Part shown: one piece after another, positions 27,322 to 36,632 of the stretch
Layout: each line of letters starts with the position of its first letter
Position numbering within the stretch: position 1 is the stretch's first letter
NCBI GenBank assembly: GCA_039679675.1
Contig: JBDKUN010000010.1
Coordinates: 1 to 59,849 of the forward strand
Origin: Armatimonadota bacterium
Lineage (GTDB): Bacteria; Armatimonadota; UBA5829; DTLH01
Reading direction: 5' to 3'
DNA: 59,849 nt
Notes under the pieces: model-generated
Seen by the model: the letters and a program-made list of their open reading frames with translations, nothing else
Databases searched by the model: none
Told to the model about the DNA's origin: nothing
Position numbers and translations under genes: made by a program

Positions 27322-28722
27322 TTATGTCCCACGATCAGGAGAAGACGCAGCAATTTCCGGGCCAAGTCCGAACTCCCTGACTTTGTTACGGAGTGTTTTT
27401 CGGTCGATTCCGAGGGTCTGCGCTGCCCTGGTCTGGTTGTAATTGTAATATCTCAGGACTTTTGTTACGTGCTCTTTTTCCACTTCCTGAAGGGTCCTGA
27501 GATCGTCACCAGACGGAGCAGACGGTCTGGCTGGGATCTGCCCCGCAGCGGTGCCGTCACCTATAAGCAGGTGCTGCGGCAGTATTGTGCTTCCCTGACA
27601 GAATATCACTGCCCGCTCGATGCAGTTCTCAAGCTCTCTTATGTTCCCAGGCCATGGGTAGCGCTGCATCATCGACAGCCCTTCGGGGGAAATACTATCT
27701 ATTTTCTTGCCTGTATCGAGGTTATACTTACGGACGAAGTGCTTTGCGAGCTCTGGAATATCTTCCTGCCGCTCTCTGAGCGGAGGCAAGGTGATCGACA
27801 CGACGTTCAGCCGGTAAAACAAATCTTCGCGGAATGTTTTTTCGGCAATAGCCTCTTTCAGGTTGCGGTTGGTAGCCGCGATGATCCGAACATTCACTGC
27901 GAGGGTTTCGCTTCCCCCCACCCGCTCGAACTGCTTCTCCTGCAGAACCCGGAGGAGTTTGACCTGTGTAGCCGGGGTCGTATCCCCTATTTCATCCAGG
28001 AAAAGCGTCCCGCCATGGGCAAGCTCGAACCTGCCGAGCCGCCTTGCGACAGCGCCAGTAAACGCGCCCTTCTCATGGCCGAATAGTTCGCTCTCCAGAA
28101 GCGACTCCGGGAGCGCCGCGCAGCTTACTTTTACAAAAGGGCCGTTTGCCCTGGGGCTCTGATAGTGAACGGAACGTGCCAGGTATTCCTTCCCTGTCCC
28201 TGTCTCGCCGAGGATCAGTACAGACGCGCTGCTGTCGGCCACTTTCGCCGCAAGGACATATGCCTGCTGCGCTTCGGGACTCAGACCTATTACATTATCG
28301 AAACCGTATTTCTCTTTGAGCTCGTTTTTAAGGTATCTGTTCTCGTCGATCAGGTGGTACCGTTCTATCGCCCGTTCGGCGACCATTTGAACATCGTCAA
28401 TATCGAAAGGCTTGGTTATATAGTCATAAGCGCCGAGCCGCATAGCCTGGAGCGCACTTTTCATCGACGCATACCCGGTGATCATAATCACCGGCAGGTC
28501 GGGTTTGGACTCCTTGAGTGTGCGGAGGAGTTCCAACCCGTCACACCCCGGCAAGCTGAGATCAAGTATGACAAGGTCGAAGTCTTCCGAAAGAGCCAAC
28601 TTCAGCCCCCTGTCCCCATCCTCCTCGATGTTCACGCGGCATCCGATGCCTTCGAACAGGTCGGTCAGGACCGACCTTATTCCTTCCTCGTCATCGACAA
28701 TCAAGATCCTCTTGCCGTTCAA
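27322..28722 (-). CDS. NtrC-family sigma54-dependent response regulator
   Basis: Receiver domain; GETGTGKE; GAFTGA; WPGNIREL; Fis-type HTH. Confidence 0.96.
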   Translation of the reverse strand: MNGKRILIVDDEEGIRSVLTDLFEGIGCRVNIEEDGDRGLKLALSEDFDLVILDLSLPGCDGLELLRTLKESKPDLPVIMITGYASMKSALQAMRLGAYDYITKPFDIDDVQMVAERAIERYHLIDENRYLKNELKEKYGFDNVIGLSPEAQQAYVLAAKVADSSASVLILGETGTGKEYLARSVHYQSPRANGPFVKVSCAALPESLLESELFGHEKGAFTGAVARRLGRFELAHGGTLFLDEIGDTTPATQVKLLRVLQEKQFERVGGSETLAVNVRIIAATNRNLKEAIAEKTFREDLFYRLNVVSITLPPLRERQEDIPELAKHFVRKYNLDTGKKIDSISPEGLSMMQRYPWPGNIRELENCIERAVIFCQGSTILPQHLLIGDGTAAGQIPARPSAPSGDDLRTLQEVEKEHVTKVLRYYNYNQTRAAQTLGIDRKTLRNKVREFGLGPEIAASSPDRGT

Positions 28723-30299
28723 CTACTGCTTCCCGCCTTTCGAGACATTTGCCGGCCCAACATTTCGGTAACAGCCGAAGAAAGCTCTTCCATCCTCACG
28801 GGCTTCGAGAGCACTATATCCACCTGCGACGAATCGAGTTCGCTCTTATCGACCGTCGTGCCCCAGCCTGTAAGGAGCACAACGGGAGTCTGCGGTTCTA
28901 TATCCTTGATCGATTTCGCGACCTGCCAACCCGACATTTCAGGCATTCCAAGGTCGGTAAGCACCAAGTCGAACGGGGTCTCCCTGAACTGCTCAATAGC
29001 ATCTACGCCGCTCCTCGCAGAACAGACGGCATGGCCGCACTCGGAAAGCATCTCAACAATGACCTCGGCAAACATTTCCTCGTCATCCACCACCAGTATC
29101 CTGGCGGGCGAAAGAGAAACTATCTCCACGGGCTGATCTCCGGGTTTTTCATCGGATGCACCGGCAGCAGCGGGCAGAAAGACCGTCACTGCAGTGCCTT
29201 TGCCCGGCTCGCTATCGACAGAGATGCTCCCTCCGTGGCGTTTGATTATCCCATAGGCGACGCTCATGCCGAGGCCGGTGCCTTCTATCCCCCTGGTGGT
29301 GAAAAACGGGTCAAAAATCCTCTTTCTGACATCTTCGGACATCCCGATGCCTGTATCCGCGACCCGGGCCCAGACAGAACTTTTGGATACCCCCGCATTA
29401 ACTGAAATCGACCCGCCGTCCGGCATCGCCTGAGACGCATTCAGTATGATATTTATCAAAACTTCTCGAATTTCGGCTTCGCAGCCGAGAGTGAGAGCAC
29501 CCTCCGCCGCGTCCAGACTTATTTCGATGTTTTTCGCGCTATTCTGCAGGGAAGGCCTCATCATCTCGATCGCTTCTGATGCTATAACGCTCAGGTCGAT
29601 CACCGTGGAAGGCTCCTGCCTGTTCTGCTGCGTAAACTCACGGATGCGGCGCACAGTCTCGGCGGCATCCAATGCGGCGCGCTCTGCTGATTGAAGCCGC
29701 GTGCGGACATTTCCGTCATCTGTAGTGCGGAGCAGAAGCTGCAGGTTGCCGAGGATTATGCCGAGCATGTTGTTGAAATCGTGCGCGACCCCGCTTGCGA
29801 TCTCTCCGACAGCTCTCAGCTTCTCGGACTGCACAAGCTGGTCCTGCGCAACTTTCAGCTCATCGTAAGCGCGGCGGACAGCCGATTCCAGCTCGCGCCG
29901 TTTGGTAATATCGCTGTAAATCTCGATCCTGCCGACCCGGTTCTGCCCCTCACCCAGGACGGGCGCGCTGTAGCGGTGCAGCACCCTGCCGTCCGGTCCG
30001 GAAAGGTGCAGGACTTCGTCCAGGACCTCGCCCGGATGGTTCCTGAGCCACTGCCAGCTCGCTTCGTACTTATCGGACTCCTCGAAGCGCCATTTGAGAG
30101 TGCTCTGCGCGGCATCCTCCACGTTTTTGTCGATCAAATCTTCCGGGGATACGCCAAGCAGATCAAAAAAACTGCCGTCAGTAGAGACTATGCAGTGGTC
30201 GATGTCTATGACCATCACGCCGCGCCGGCTGGCCCCGGCCGGAAGCTCGAATGAAGGCCTGTATGTACCGAGTGAATCCATTCTTGAAGAGCTGCTCAT
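28719..30299 (-). CDS. PAS-containing hybrid histidine kinase with C-terminal receiver
   Basis: SDITKR PAC end; VAHDFNN; GTGLG; ILVVDD..TDLGMP. Confidence 0.93.
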   Translation of the reverse strand: MSSSSRMDSLGTYRPSFELPAGASRRGVMVIDIDHCIVSTDGSFFDLLGVSPEDLIDKNVEDAAQSTLKWRFEESDKYEASWQWLRNHPGEVLDEVLHLSGPDGRVLHRYSAPVLGEGQNRVGRIEIYSDITKRRELESAVRRAYDELKVAQDQLVQSEKLRAVGEIASGVAHDFNNMLGIILGNLQLLLRTTDDGNVRTRLQSAERAALDAAETVRRIREFTQQNRQEPSTVIDLSVIASEAIEMMRPSLQNSAKNIEISLDAAEGALTLGCEAEIREVLINIILNASQAMPDGGSISVNAGVSKSSVWARVADTGIGMSEDVRKRIFDPFFTTRGIEGTGLGMSVAYGIIKRHGGSISVDSEPGKGTAVTVFLPAAAGASDEKPGDQPVEIVSLSPARILVVDDEEMFAEVIVEMLSECGHAVCSARSGVDAIEQFRETPFDLVLTDLGMPEMSGWQVAKSIKDIEPQTPVVLLTGWGTTVDKSELDSSQVDIVLSKPVRMEELSSAVTEMLGRQMSRKAGSSS

Positions 30300-30481
30300 C
30301 CTAAAGTGATTAACCGAAGCGACTGCTGGAAATTCAAGCAGGCGTCCTTTACTAACACTAATCTTCGTTTACCAGGGCCGAATTTGTCAAGTAGGCACAG
30401 TGATATTAAGCACCAATTCCCCTATCGACAAGCTGTAAATTCACTGATAATATAAGTGACAGTGTAAGAAGGGTACTACGA

Positions 30482-31237
30482 ATGAGAACAAACAGCATAA
30501 AAGACAAGTTCGTTTACTGGCTTTTAGTCGATAAAATCCCTGTAACAAAACTGATTATCTTATTGAACTTCCTGACGCTCGTCCTGGGCTCCTTATGTCA
30601 TGCAACCAGGGGGCCGCTGGTAGATGCCTTCGTATTTGGGACGCCAATCGCGTTGAAAACGCCCTGGACAGCAGTCACCTACCCGCTTGCCAGTATGTGC
30701 TGCATGTCGATCTGCTTCTTCTTCGGGCTTTTCTGGATGTGGATCGCCGGTGGATGTCTGGAGAGATCGTGGGGCAGCCGGAGGTTCGCGTTCTTCTTTT
30801 TCGCGATGTCCGTTGTATCCGCGCTCGGAATTTACCTCGGCGCGTCAATGACGGGCGCAGCAGTGGTACTGACAGGGCTTACACTGCCGCTTTCGGGGCT
30901 GACAATAGCCTTCGCACTGCAAAACCCTGATGACACTGTGCTCTTCGGCTTCATCATCCCTATGAAGCTCAAATATCTGGCAGTGCTCGATGTTATCATA
31001 GTCCTGGTAGGTTACGGGGTAACAAACCCGATACTGGGCGTGAGCGCACTTCTCGGCTGCGCGTTTTCATATTGGTTTATAACTTGCAAACGAACCGCAT
31101 CTAGAAAATGCGAAGTAGTTTATTTGCATAAGAAAAACCCGCGTGTGCCGCATTTAGGCCCTCTCGGCTGGTATAAAGAATATCGTGAGAAAAAACGGCT
31201 GAAGAAATTCTTCAATAAGTCCGGCTTCAAAGATTAA
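30482..31237 (+). CDS. Rhomboid-superfamily membrane protein
   Basis: PVTKLII; PWTAVTYP; LERSWG..RF; F.IPMKLKYL; catalytic GxS/H not evident. Confidence 0.7.
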   Translation: MRTNSIKDKFVYWLLVDKIPVTKLIILLNFLTLVLGSLCHATRGPLVDAFVFGTPIALKTPWTAVTYPLASMCCMSICFFFGLFWMWIAGGCLERSWGSRRFAFFFFAMSVVSALGIYLGASMTGAAVVLTGLTLPLSGLTIAFALQNPDDTVLFGFIIPMKLKYLAVLDVIIVLVGYGVTNPILGVSALLGCAFSYWFITCKRTASRKCEVVYLHKKNPRVPHLGPLGWYKEYREKKRLKKFFNKSGFKD

Positions 31238-31251
31238 AAGGAGACTGCGAT

Positions 31252-31596
31252 ATGCCTTACTGTCCTGACTGCAAATACGAATATAACGATGGCATCAAAA
31301 ATTGCCCTGTCTGCGGGGCAGAACTGGTGTCCGAGCTTCCACCCGAGGAAATTGAGGATATGGTCCCGATTTATGTAGCCGAAGATACCACGGAAGCCGC
31401 AATATTGAGAAGTATCCTCGAAGAAGCCGGAATCCCAGTACGGGAAAGGGCGGATGTCGATACGGATTTAGATGCATTCGGCGGCCCGATCGCTGAAGAG
31501 GCGATAACGGTCCCGAAAGCTCGCGCCGAAGAAGCGAAAAAGATACTCAAAAAGGCATTGGAGAGGGGAAAACGCCTCCCCGCCGGTGAGGAATAG
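31252..31596 (+). CDS. Zinc-ribbon / DUF2007-like protein
   Basis: MPYCPDC..CPVCG..LV; EAAILRSILEEAGIP. Confidence 0.75.
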   Translation: MPYCPDCKYEYNDGIKNCPVCGAELVSELPPEEIEDMVPIYVAEDTTEAAILRSILEEAGIPVRERADVDTDLDAFGGPIAEEAITVPKARAEEAKKILKKALERGKRLPAGEE

Positions 31597-31621
31597 CATT
31601 ATCTCCCCCGCTGCAGCAGAA

Positions 31622-32422
31622 TCAGAACAATTCTCCCTGTATCGGGGGCAGATCCATCCCAAGCAGATACTGCAGCATCTTGACGTTTCTAAGCGCCGAC
31701 CCCGCATGGCAGTTGTTGAACTGGACATAGATGCAGGTGCTCTCGGACGTCATACGCTCGATGATTGGGATGAACGACTCCAGCTCTTTTTCGCTGTACA
31801 GGTAGTCGTACCTCTGTGACGGGTCCGTAAACCAGTTCCGGTTGCGCCCATGAAGCCGGAGATACGCGATATCAGACGTCACATTCGGGACAAGCGGCAT
31901 AAGCTGCCCGACCTGCGGCTCATCCACAGCGCAGTAGCCGATATTCGCCTCCTTCAGAACCTTATAGGTCTCCTCTGCGGTCCATGTCTTATTGCGGAAC
32001 TCGTATACGAGCGGCAGCCCGTTAAGCATATCCGGGAGCGACAGCAGATAATCCCAGGCTTCAGAGCTTCTATTCAGGGTCGGAGGGAACTGCGCGAGCA
32101 AGCACCCAAGCATCCCGGCTTCGATTACCGGCTTTATGCCTTCCAGAAACCGCCGGCAGCACGCAGGGTCCGGCTTCAAGCCTTCATGGGTGATCCCGCT
32201 GAACAGTTTGACCGTGAAGAGGAAGTCCTCCGGGCATTTTTTGATCATACTCTCGAACGTGCGGGCGACCGGTTGCTGGTAGTACGTGTAGTTGATCTCC
32301 ACAGTGTTCAGCCGGTAGTGGTCTATATAGTAGGCGAACATCTCCCCGTCTTTTATGTTGGACGGGTAGACCGTTCCCTTCCAGTCCTGAAAGCTGTATC
32401 CGCTTGTCCCTATTCGTATCAC
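31622..32422 (-). CDS. DUF72 family protein
   Basis: IGTSGYS; TVEINYTYY; EFRN; YLRLHGRN; YDYLYS; FNN. Confidence 0.92.
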   Translation of the reverse strand: MIRIGTSGYSFQDWKGTVYPSNIKDGEMFAYYIDHYRLNTVEINYTYYQQPVARTFESMIKKCPEDFLFTVKLFSGITHEGLKPDPACCRRFLEGIKPVIEAGMLGCLLAQFPPTLNRSSEAWDYLLSLPDMLNGLPLVYEFRNKTWTAEETYKVLKEANIGYCAVDEPQVGQLMPLVPNVTSDIAYLRLHGRNRNWFTDPSQRYDYLYSEKELESFIPIIERMTSESTCIYVQFNNCHAGSALRNVKMLQYLLGMDLPPIQGELF

Positions 32423-32499
32423 AGGCAGATTATATCAGATCAACAGAAGTCGGCATATAGCACCACGAATAGAAAAAATCTTCTTAATGGAGCACAAAA

Positions 32500-32521
32500 C
32501 GCAAAGCTCGCGCCAACGCAT
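32500..32521. repeat. Decayed family A' palindrome
   Basis: Minus strand atgcgttggcgcgagctttgcg vs atgcttcggcgcgatttttgcg at 24416. Confidence 0.5.
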
Positions 32522-32526
32522 CCGAA

Positions 32527-33243
32527 TCAGTATATGTTCAATGGTTCTCCGATTTCCTTGGCTTTAGGTTCAGGCAGCCAGGCTCTTAATCTGCCAGGTG
32601 AATAACCCAGGGTGGAATACTTGATGCTATCCCTTAATGATTCTACACGTATTAACTTCACTCCAGTTAATTTATGCTTCATAATAAACCTAGCGACTCT
32701 GTCAGATACGAATAGATACCTAGGCATTGGCCAAACAATAAAGAAATCACTGCCATCCCATTGATTTTCATCGATCAAATTCGATGAATCCTCTAGGTCA
32801 GAATAACGAAGGAAACCTCCTCTATCAGATAATAAGTGTATACCTGATTGTGGTTTTGCCATACCACCCCAGCCCGTAGCAAAGACCTCCCACAGTTTAG
32901 GAATCTCTATGGAATCAATAACGTTCTTTGACCGCCAGCTTTTCATCTTTGCAACAATAGGCAATACATTAAGCCCAGTAAATCCTTCGTTCCTAAACAT
33001 CTGAAGCACGCAATCTTTTATCATACATGCACCATATACACTAAAGATAAAGTCGTTGATGTGCTTTGATGTAAGCAAGACATGCGTTGGGATATTCACT
33101 GGATGCGTTGCCGGACACATTAGCGTAGCGATTCTTACTCCAGGGAACTGCTGTTCAATTTTCGTCATGGCTTCATGATCCCACTCAGCAACACCCCTGA
33201 GGCTTTCATTCTTACGAAATAAACGCCAAAATTGTTCAGACAT
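32527..33243 (-). CDS. Putative immunity protein (Imm11/DUF1629-like)
   Basis: F...GFTG; WDGSDFF..P..LFVSDRV..I....LTG motif; AT-richer than flanks. Confidence 0.6.
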   Translation of the reverse strand: MSEQFWRLFRKNESLRGVAEWDHEAMTKIEQQFPGVRIATLMCPATHPVNIPTHVLLTSKHINDFIFSVYGACMIKDCVLQMFRNEGFTGLNVLPIVAKMKSWRSKNVIDSIEIPKLWEVFATGWGGMAKPQSGIHLLSDRGGFLRYSDLEDSSNLIDENQWDGSDFFIVWPMPRYLFVSDRVARFIMKHKLTGVKLIRVESLRDSIKYSTLGYSPGRLRAWLPEPKAKEIGEPLNIY

Positions 33244-33283
33244 GAACATCACCTTAGTCAGCCTTTCGGCTTGGAGTAGAATC

Positions 33284-33314
33284 GTGCATCGGAGCATAGT
33301 TCGCTCCGATGCAC
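33284..33314. repeat. Family A-related perfect hairpin
   Basis: gtgcatcggagc-N7-gctccgatgcac, preceded by agaatc as at 59694. Confidence 0.75.
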
Positions 33315-33340
33315 AGGAACACTTGAGCAACACCTAATGA

Positions 33341-33721
33341 TCATGATTTTTGTAAACCGGAATCCTTGTAGCGCTGCAATAAGTTCAAGTCGTCCTTAAC
33401 CATTTCCGCAGTAGTCCCTGATGCTATAGGGTCTGCGGCTAATTGCCGATAGACTTGCTCAATCAATGGTATAAATTCGATTGATTCTAGCCTCAGAATC
33501 AATCTTAATGCATCCATGATCAGTTCAATATTATTACTCTTCAACCACTTTGCAAGAACAGCCTTTACAGCATCCTGTAGTTCAGGACTAAGAAGCTTAA
33601 CTTCCCAAGCTACTCGATTATATAATAATGTCGGTTCTCTCTCATATCCTCTATCACTAGAAAGGTCTTTATGTAATTGTATGAGCCAAGATTCAGCTTC
33701 TTCTACCAGAGCTTCGTTCAT
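33341..33721 (-). CDS. Hypothetical alpha-helical protein, possible immunity protein
   Basis: 126 aa ORF with RBS AAAGGA in AT-rich co-oriented array. Confidence 0.55.
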   Translation of the reverse strand: MNEALVEEAESWLIQLHKDLSSDRGYEREPTLLYNRVAWEVKLLSPELQDAVKAVLAKWLKSNNIELIMDALRLILRLESIEFIPLIEQVYRQLAADPIASGTTAEMVKDDLNLLQRYKDSGLQKS

Positions 33722-33742
33722 GCTTGTCTAATCCTTTTCAAT

Positions 33743-33799
33743 TACTCAACAGATCCTTTCGGGCTGTATTGCAGCGAGTCTACTGAAGCATCTTGAGTA
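33743..33799. repeat. Degenerate family A-related hairpin
   Basis: tactcaa...ttgagta outer stem enclosing ttcggg and gaagcat. Confidence 0.5.
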
Positions 33800-33801
33800 G
33801 T

Positions 33802-34677
33802 TCAATACTTAATATAAGCTTTGCTGCTACGATCTAAATATACAGGCTCAGGTGCATCCGGGAAGCGAGCCGGAGCGAGATACCGGTTGAACTGCCTTAA
33901 ATCATCATTTGTGCATTTCCATAGTGATTTTGTGAGCTGCAGGTATAAGTTATCTCCCCATCTTTCAACCAAGTATGCTTTGCTTTCCTGCCTGATCTTT
34001 TCTTCCCCACCAAGAGCTTCTATATGGGACGGAGATAGTATGTTCCCCCAGCAAGCACGAGGGATATACTGATCAAGTTTGCGTCTTTTTGATTGATAAT
34101 AGCTTATCTCTTTTCCAAATTGTTTTCTGGGATGATCCGGGCCATATGCTCTGAGCCTTTCAACATCCTCTATATCGGAACTGTGTATGTAGGTGATAGT
34201 TGCATCCGTATGACGCCGTGTCAACCCAGATACTATACATCCGTAGCTAACACCGAAACGGCTCACCAACCGGCGTACATATGACATCACACCAACGTCA
34301 TTGTATAGTTTTTTGGGCCCCATAACGGTTAACTCCCTTATCTCTGAGGAATAAACCAGTGTGGCAGTCATTTCAAAGTAAAGAATTTCCAATCCAAAAA
34401 GGCTGGTATGCGGGCCGAGCTCAACGTCATATCCGTAGATCATATTGACCTTTCCCTGCCTGCTGCGGTTCAATAAATCCTTGAGATTTCTTTCATCAAA
34501 ACGTCTCATTTTGCCGAAATTGCCTTTGACACTTGCAATTGAAAACTGTGCCAACTGCACACCACAGACTTCACCGCCGGATTCAATTAGGGCAGCGTCA
34601 ACCCAATCCCCAACCCCAGATTCATCAATATTAGGGGAATACAACGCTAATCCAAACCATTCATTATTGTTTCTCAT
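33802..34677 (-). CDS. Putative immunity protein (DUF3396/Imm52-like C-terminus)
   Basis: WGNILSPSHIEALGG...LYLQLT motif; AT-rich. Confidence 0.5.
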   Translation of the reverse strand: MRNNNEWFGLALYSPNIDESGVGDWVDAALIESGGEVCGVQLAQFSIASVKGNFGKMRRFDERNLKDLLNRSRQGKVNMIYGYDVELGPHTSLFGLEILYFEMTATLVYSSEIRELTVMGPKKLYNDVGVMSYVRRLVSRFGVSYGCIVSGLTRRHTDATITYIHSSDIEDVERLRAYGPDHPRKQFGKEISYYQSKRRKLDQYIPRACWGNILSPSHIEALGGEEKIRQESKAYLVERWGDNLYLQLTKSLWKCTNDDLRQFNRYLAPARFPDAPEPVYLDRSSKAYIKY

Positions 34678-34728
34678 AATTAGCTATTACTCCCATTGTG
34701 CTGGATAATGTCTTATGTCAAACAGCTA

Positions 34729-36153
34729 TCAGAAACGCAGGTCTCTCTCCCCTGCCCTTATTCGAGCTAAATAATCAATTGCTTCAGCCCTGCGGGTCTC
34801 ATCAGGCACATTCTGGATCTCCTGGTCTATCATCTTCTGTCCCATCTCTTTAAGCTCCGGGTCAGCATAGTCGGTCAGATATTCTTCTAAGGTCAGGAGC
34901 GCGTTCGGCAGGCAGAAATTGTTTATCTGTCCGCTCTTTGCAAGCGGCATGAACCGGTCTCCCGTCCTTCCTTTCCGGTAGCAGGCGGTGCAGTAGCTGG
35001 GAATATAGCCACCCGACACCAGCCACCTCAAAATCTCCGAAGGTTTCCGATGGTCTGCCAGGTCGAACTGAGGTTTTTCCTCCACACCATCTTCATCCAC
35101 GGTAGCCCTCTCGGCATATCCGCCAACTCCGACGCATGAACCCGCGCTCATCTGGGAAATCCCGATGGAAAGAAGCTCTTCGCGGAACTCTACGGACTCT
35201 CTGGTGGAGAGGATCATCCCTGTGTAAGGGACCGCCAGCCGAATTACGGCCACAACCTTCTTGAAATCCCTGTCTTTCACGAGATGCGGGAAACTGCTGT
35301 AATCCATACCCTCCGCAGGCAGGAGTCTCGGAAATGAGATGGTGTGCGGGCCGACTCCGTGTACGGCCTCAAGGTGTTCCGCATGCATCAAAAGGGCAAT
35401 TGTCTCGTAGTGGTAGTCATACAGACCATATAGAGGGCCGATTCCGACATCGTCGATGCCGCCTTCCATCGCCCGGTCTATAGCCTCCGTATGCCACTCG
35501 TAGTTGCGCTTCGGGCCGCTGTGCATTTCGAGGTATGTAGGCTTGTGGTAGGCCTCCTGGAAGAGAATGTATGTGCCAATCTTTGCAGCTTTCAGCTTGC
35601 GGTAGTTCTCTACTGTGGTAGCGGCAATATCTACATTGACCCTCCTGATGGAGCCGTTCTCGAACTTTTCAGAATAAATGGTCTTTATGCAGTCCAGAAT
35701 ATAGTCGATTGGGCATTTTTTATCGTCTTCACCGGCTTCCAGAAGCAGCCGCTTGTGCCCCATTGCTTCAAGTGCTCGGACTTCTTTTCTCACTTCTTCC
35801 TGAGAGAGCTGGTGGCGGCCGATCTTGTTTGCGCATCGGTATCCACAGTATTTGCAGTTGTTCACGCAGTAGCTGGAGAGGTAAAGCGGCGCAAAGAGTA
35901 CTATCCGCTTGCCGTAAATCTTCTCTTTGACCTCTTTTGCCAGCTTGTAGATCTTCTCCAGAGTCTCATCGTCATCTACATCCAAAAGCACCGCGGCTTC
36001 CCTGTGAGTCAGCCCTTTGTAAAGGCGGGCCTTTTCCAGAATCTTGTCTATTTCGGCACTGTCCGCCGACAGTTTCTTCCCATATTCTAAGGAAGCCAGG
36101 ACTTCCCTGTCGTCTATGAACTCATTAGCGTCCAGTGATTTTACGTTATACAT
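34729..36153 (-). CDS. hydG: [FeFe]-hydrogenase H-cluster radical SAM maturase HydG
   Basis: CVNNCKYC; GPHTISFPR; C-terminal CTACYR-x-C auxiliary cluster motif. Confidence 0.93.
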   Translation of the reverse strand: MYNVKSLDANEFIDDREVLASLEYGKKLSADSAEIDKILEKARLYKGLTHREAAVLLDVDDDETLEKIYKLAKEVKEKIYGKRIVLFAPLYLSSYCVNNCKYCGYRCANKIGRHQLSQEEVRKEVRALEAMGHKRLLLEAGEDDKKCPIDYILDCIKTIYSEKFENGSIRRVNVDIAATTVENYRKLKAAKIGTYILFQEAYHKPTYLEMHSGPKRNYEWHTEAIDRAMEGGIDDVGIGPLYGLYDYHYETIALLMHAEHLEAVHGVGPHTISFPRLLPAEGMDYSSFPHLVKDRDFKKVVAVIRLAVPYTGMILSTRESVEFREELLSIGISQMSAGSCVGVGGYAERATVDEDGVEEKPQFDLADHRKPSEILRWLVSGGYIPSYCTACYRKGRTGDRFMPLAKSGQINNFCLPNALLTLEEYLTDYADPELKEMGQKMIDQEIQNVPDETRRAEAIDYLARIRAGERDLRF

Positions 36154-36184
36154 ATCTTGCCTCCATTCTCAGGCACAATCGACA

Positions 36185-36451
36185 CTACGCCTGCTCGGAA
36201 TCGAAACTTTTGGAATAAGCGGTCTTCGTTGTTACGTTTGGCAGCATCCCAAGCTTACCGGAAAGCGCGCTTATGACATTGCTTGGGGCATCCAATACCA
36301 CGCAGATAATGGATATGCCTCTTTTCGGATATGGGATCCCCATGCGGCCTATGATGTACTTGCTGTAGTCGTGCAACAGGCCGTTCAGCTTTTCTACGGA
36401 GTCCGGAGATTCCACGATGATGCTTATGGCCACTATTCTAGAATCCACCAT
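36185..36451 (-). CDS. TM1266-family iron-only hydrogenase system putative regulator (ACT-like)
   Basis: RIVAISIIVE..LNGLLH.Y...IIGRMGIP..ALSGKLG.LPNV. Confidence 0.9.
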   Translation of the reverse strand: MVDSRIVAISIIVESPDSVEKLNGLLHDYSKYIIGRMGIPYPKRGISIICVVLDAPSNVISALSGKLGMLPNVTTKTAYSKSFDSEQA

Positions 36452-36465
36452 AACCTCCATTTAAC

Positions 36466-36496
36466 AAAAAATCCCTGCACCGGACGGCGCAAGGAT
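36466..36496 (-). terminator. Intrinsic terminator in the leader of TM1266-hydG
   Basis: ATCCTTGCGCC-GTCC-GGTGCAGGGAT-TTTTT immediately before RBS GGAGG. Confidence 0.85.
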
Positions 36497-36626
36497 AATA
36501 TAGACAGGTAATCAGCCTGAGTCTCTTTATTATCATTGCCTTCACGTCGGGACGAGCCCTCCGGTGTCAGTGCAACTAATTATGAATAATGTTTCGCCGA
36601 AAGGGATTACCTCGCGGCTCAACATA
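36466..36626 (-). ncRNA. Candidate cis-regulatory leader RNA (riboswitch or attenuator, unrecognised class)
   Basis: 8-bp closing helix AGGTAATC/GATTACCT enclosing about 90 nt, then a terminator; possible antiterminator CACCGGA/TCCGGTG. Confidence 0.6.
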
Positions 36627-36632
36627 TTAGAT

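Noticed and set aside
28165..29136. Long plus-strand ORFs opposite the kinase and regulator genes (and similar antisense ORFs throughout)
   Set aside because: Shadow frames of well-supported genes, with no motifs
33244..33801. Integron attC sites between the orphan genes
   Set aside because: No RYYYAAC/GTTRRRY ends and no integrase; the hairpins resemble the local REP family instead
36590..36612. cgccgaaaggg as a glycine or lysine riboswitch core
   Set aside because: It is on the strand opposite the downstream gene, and the other conserved elements are missing
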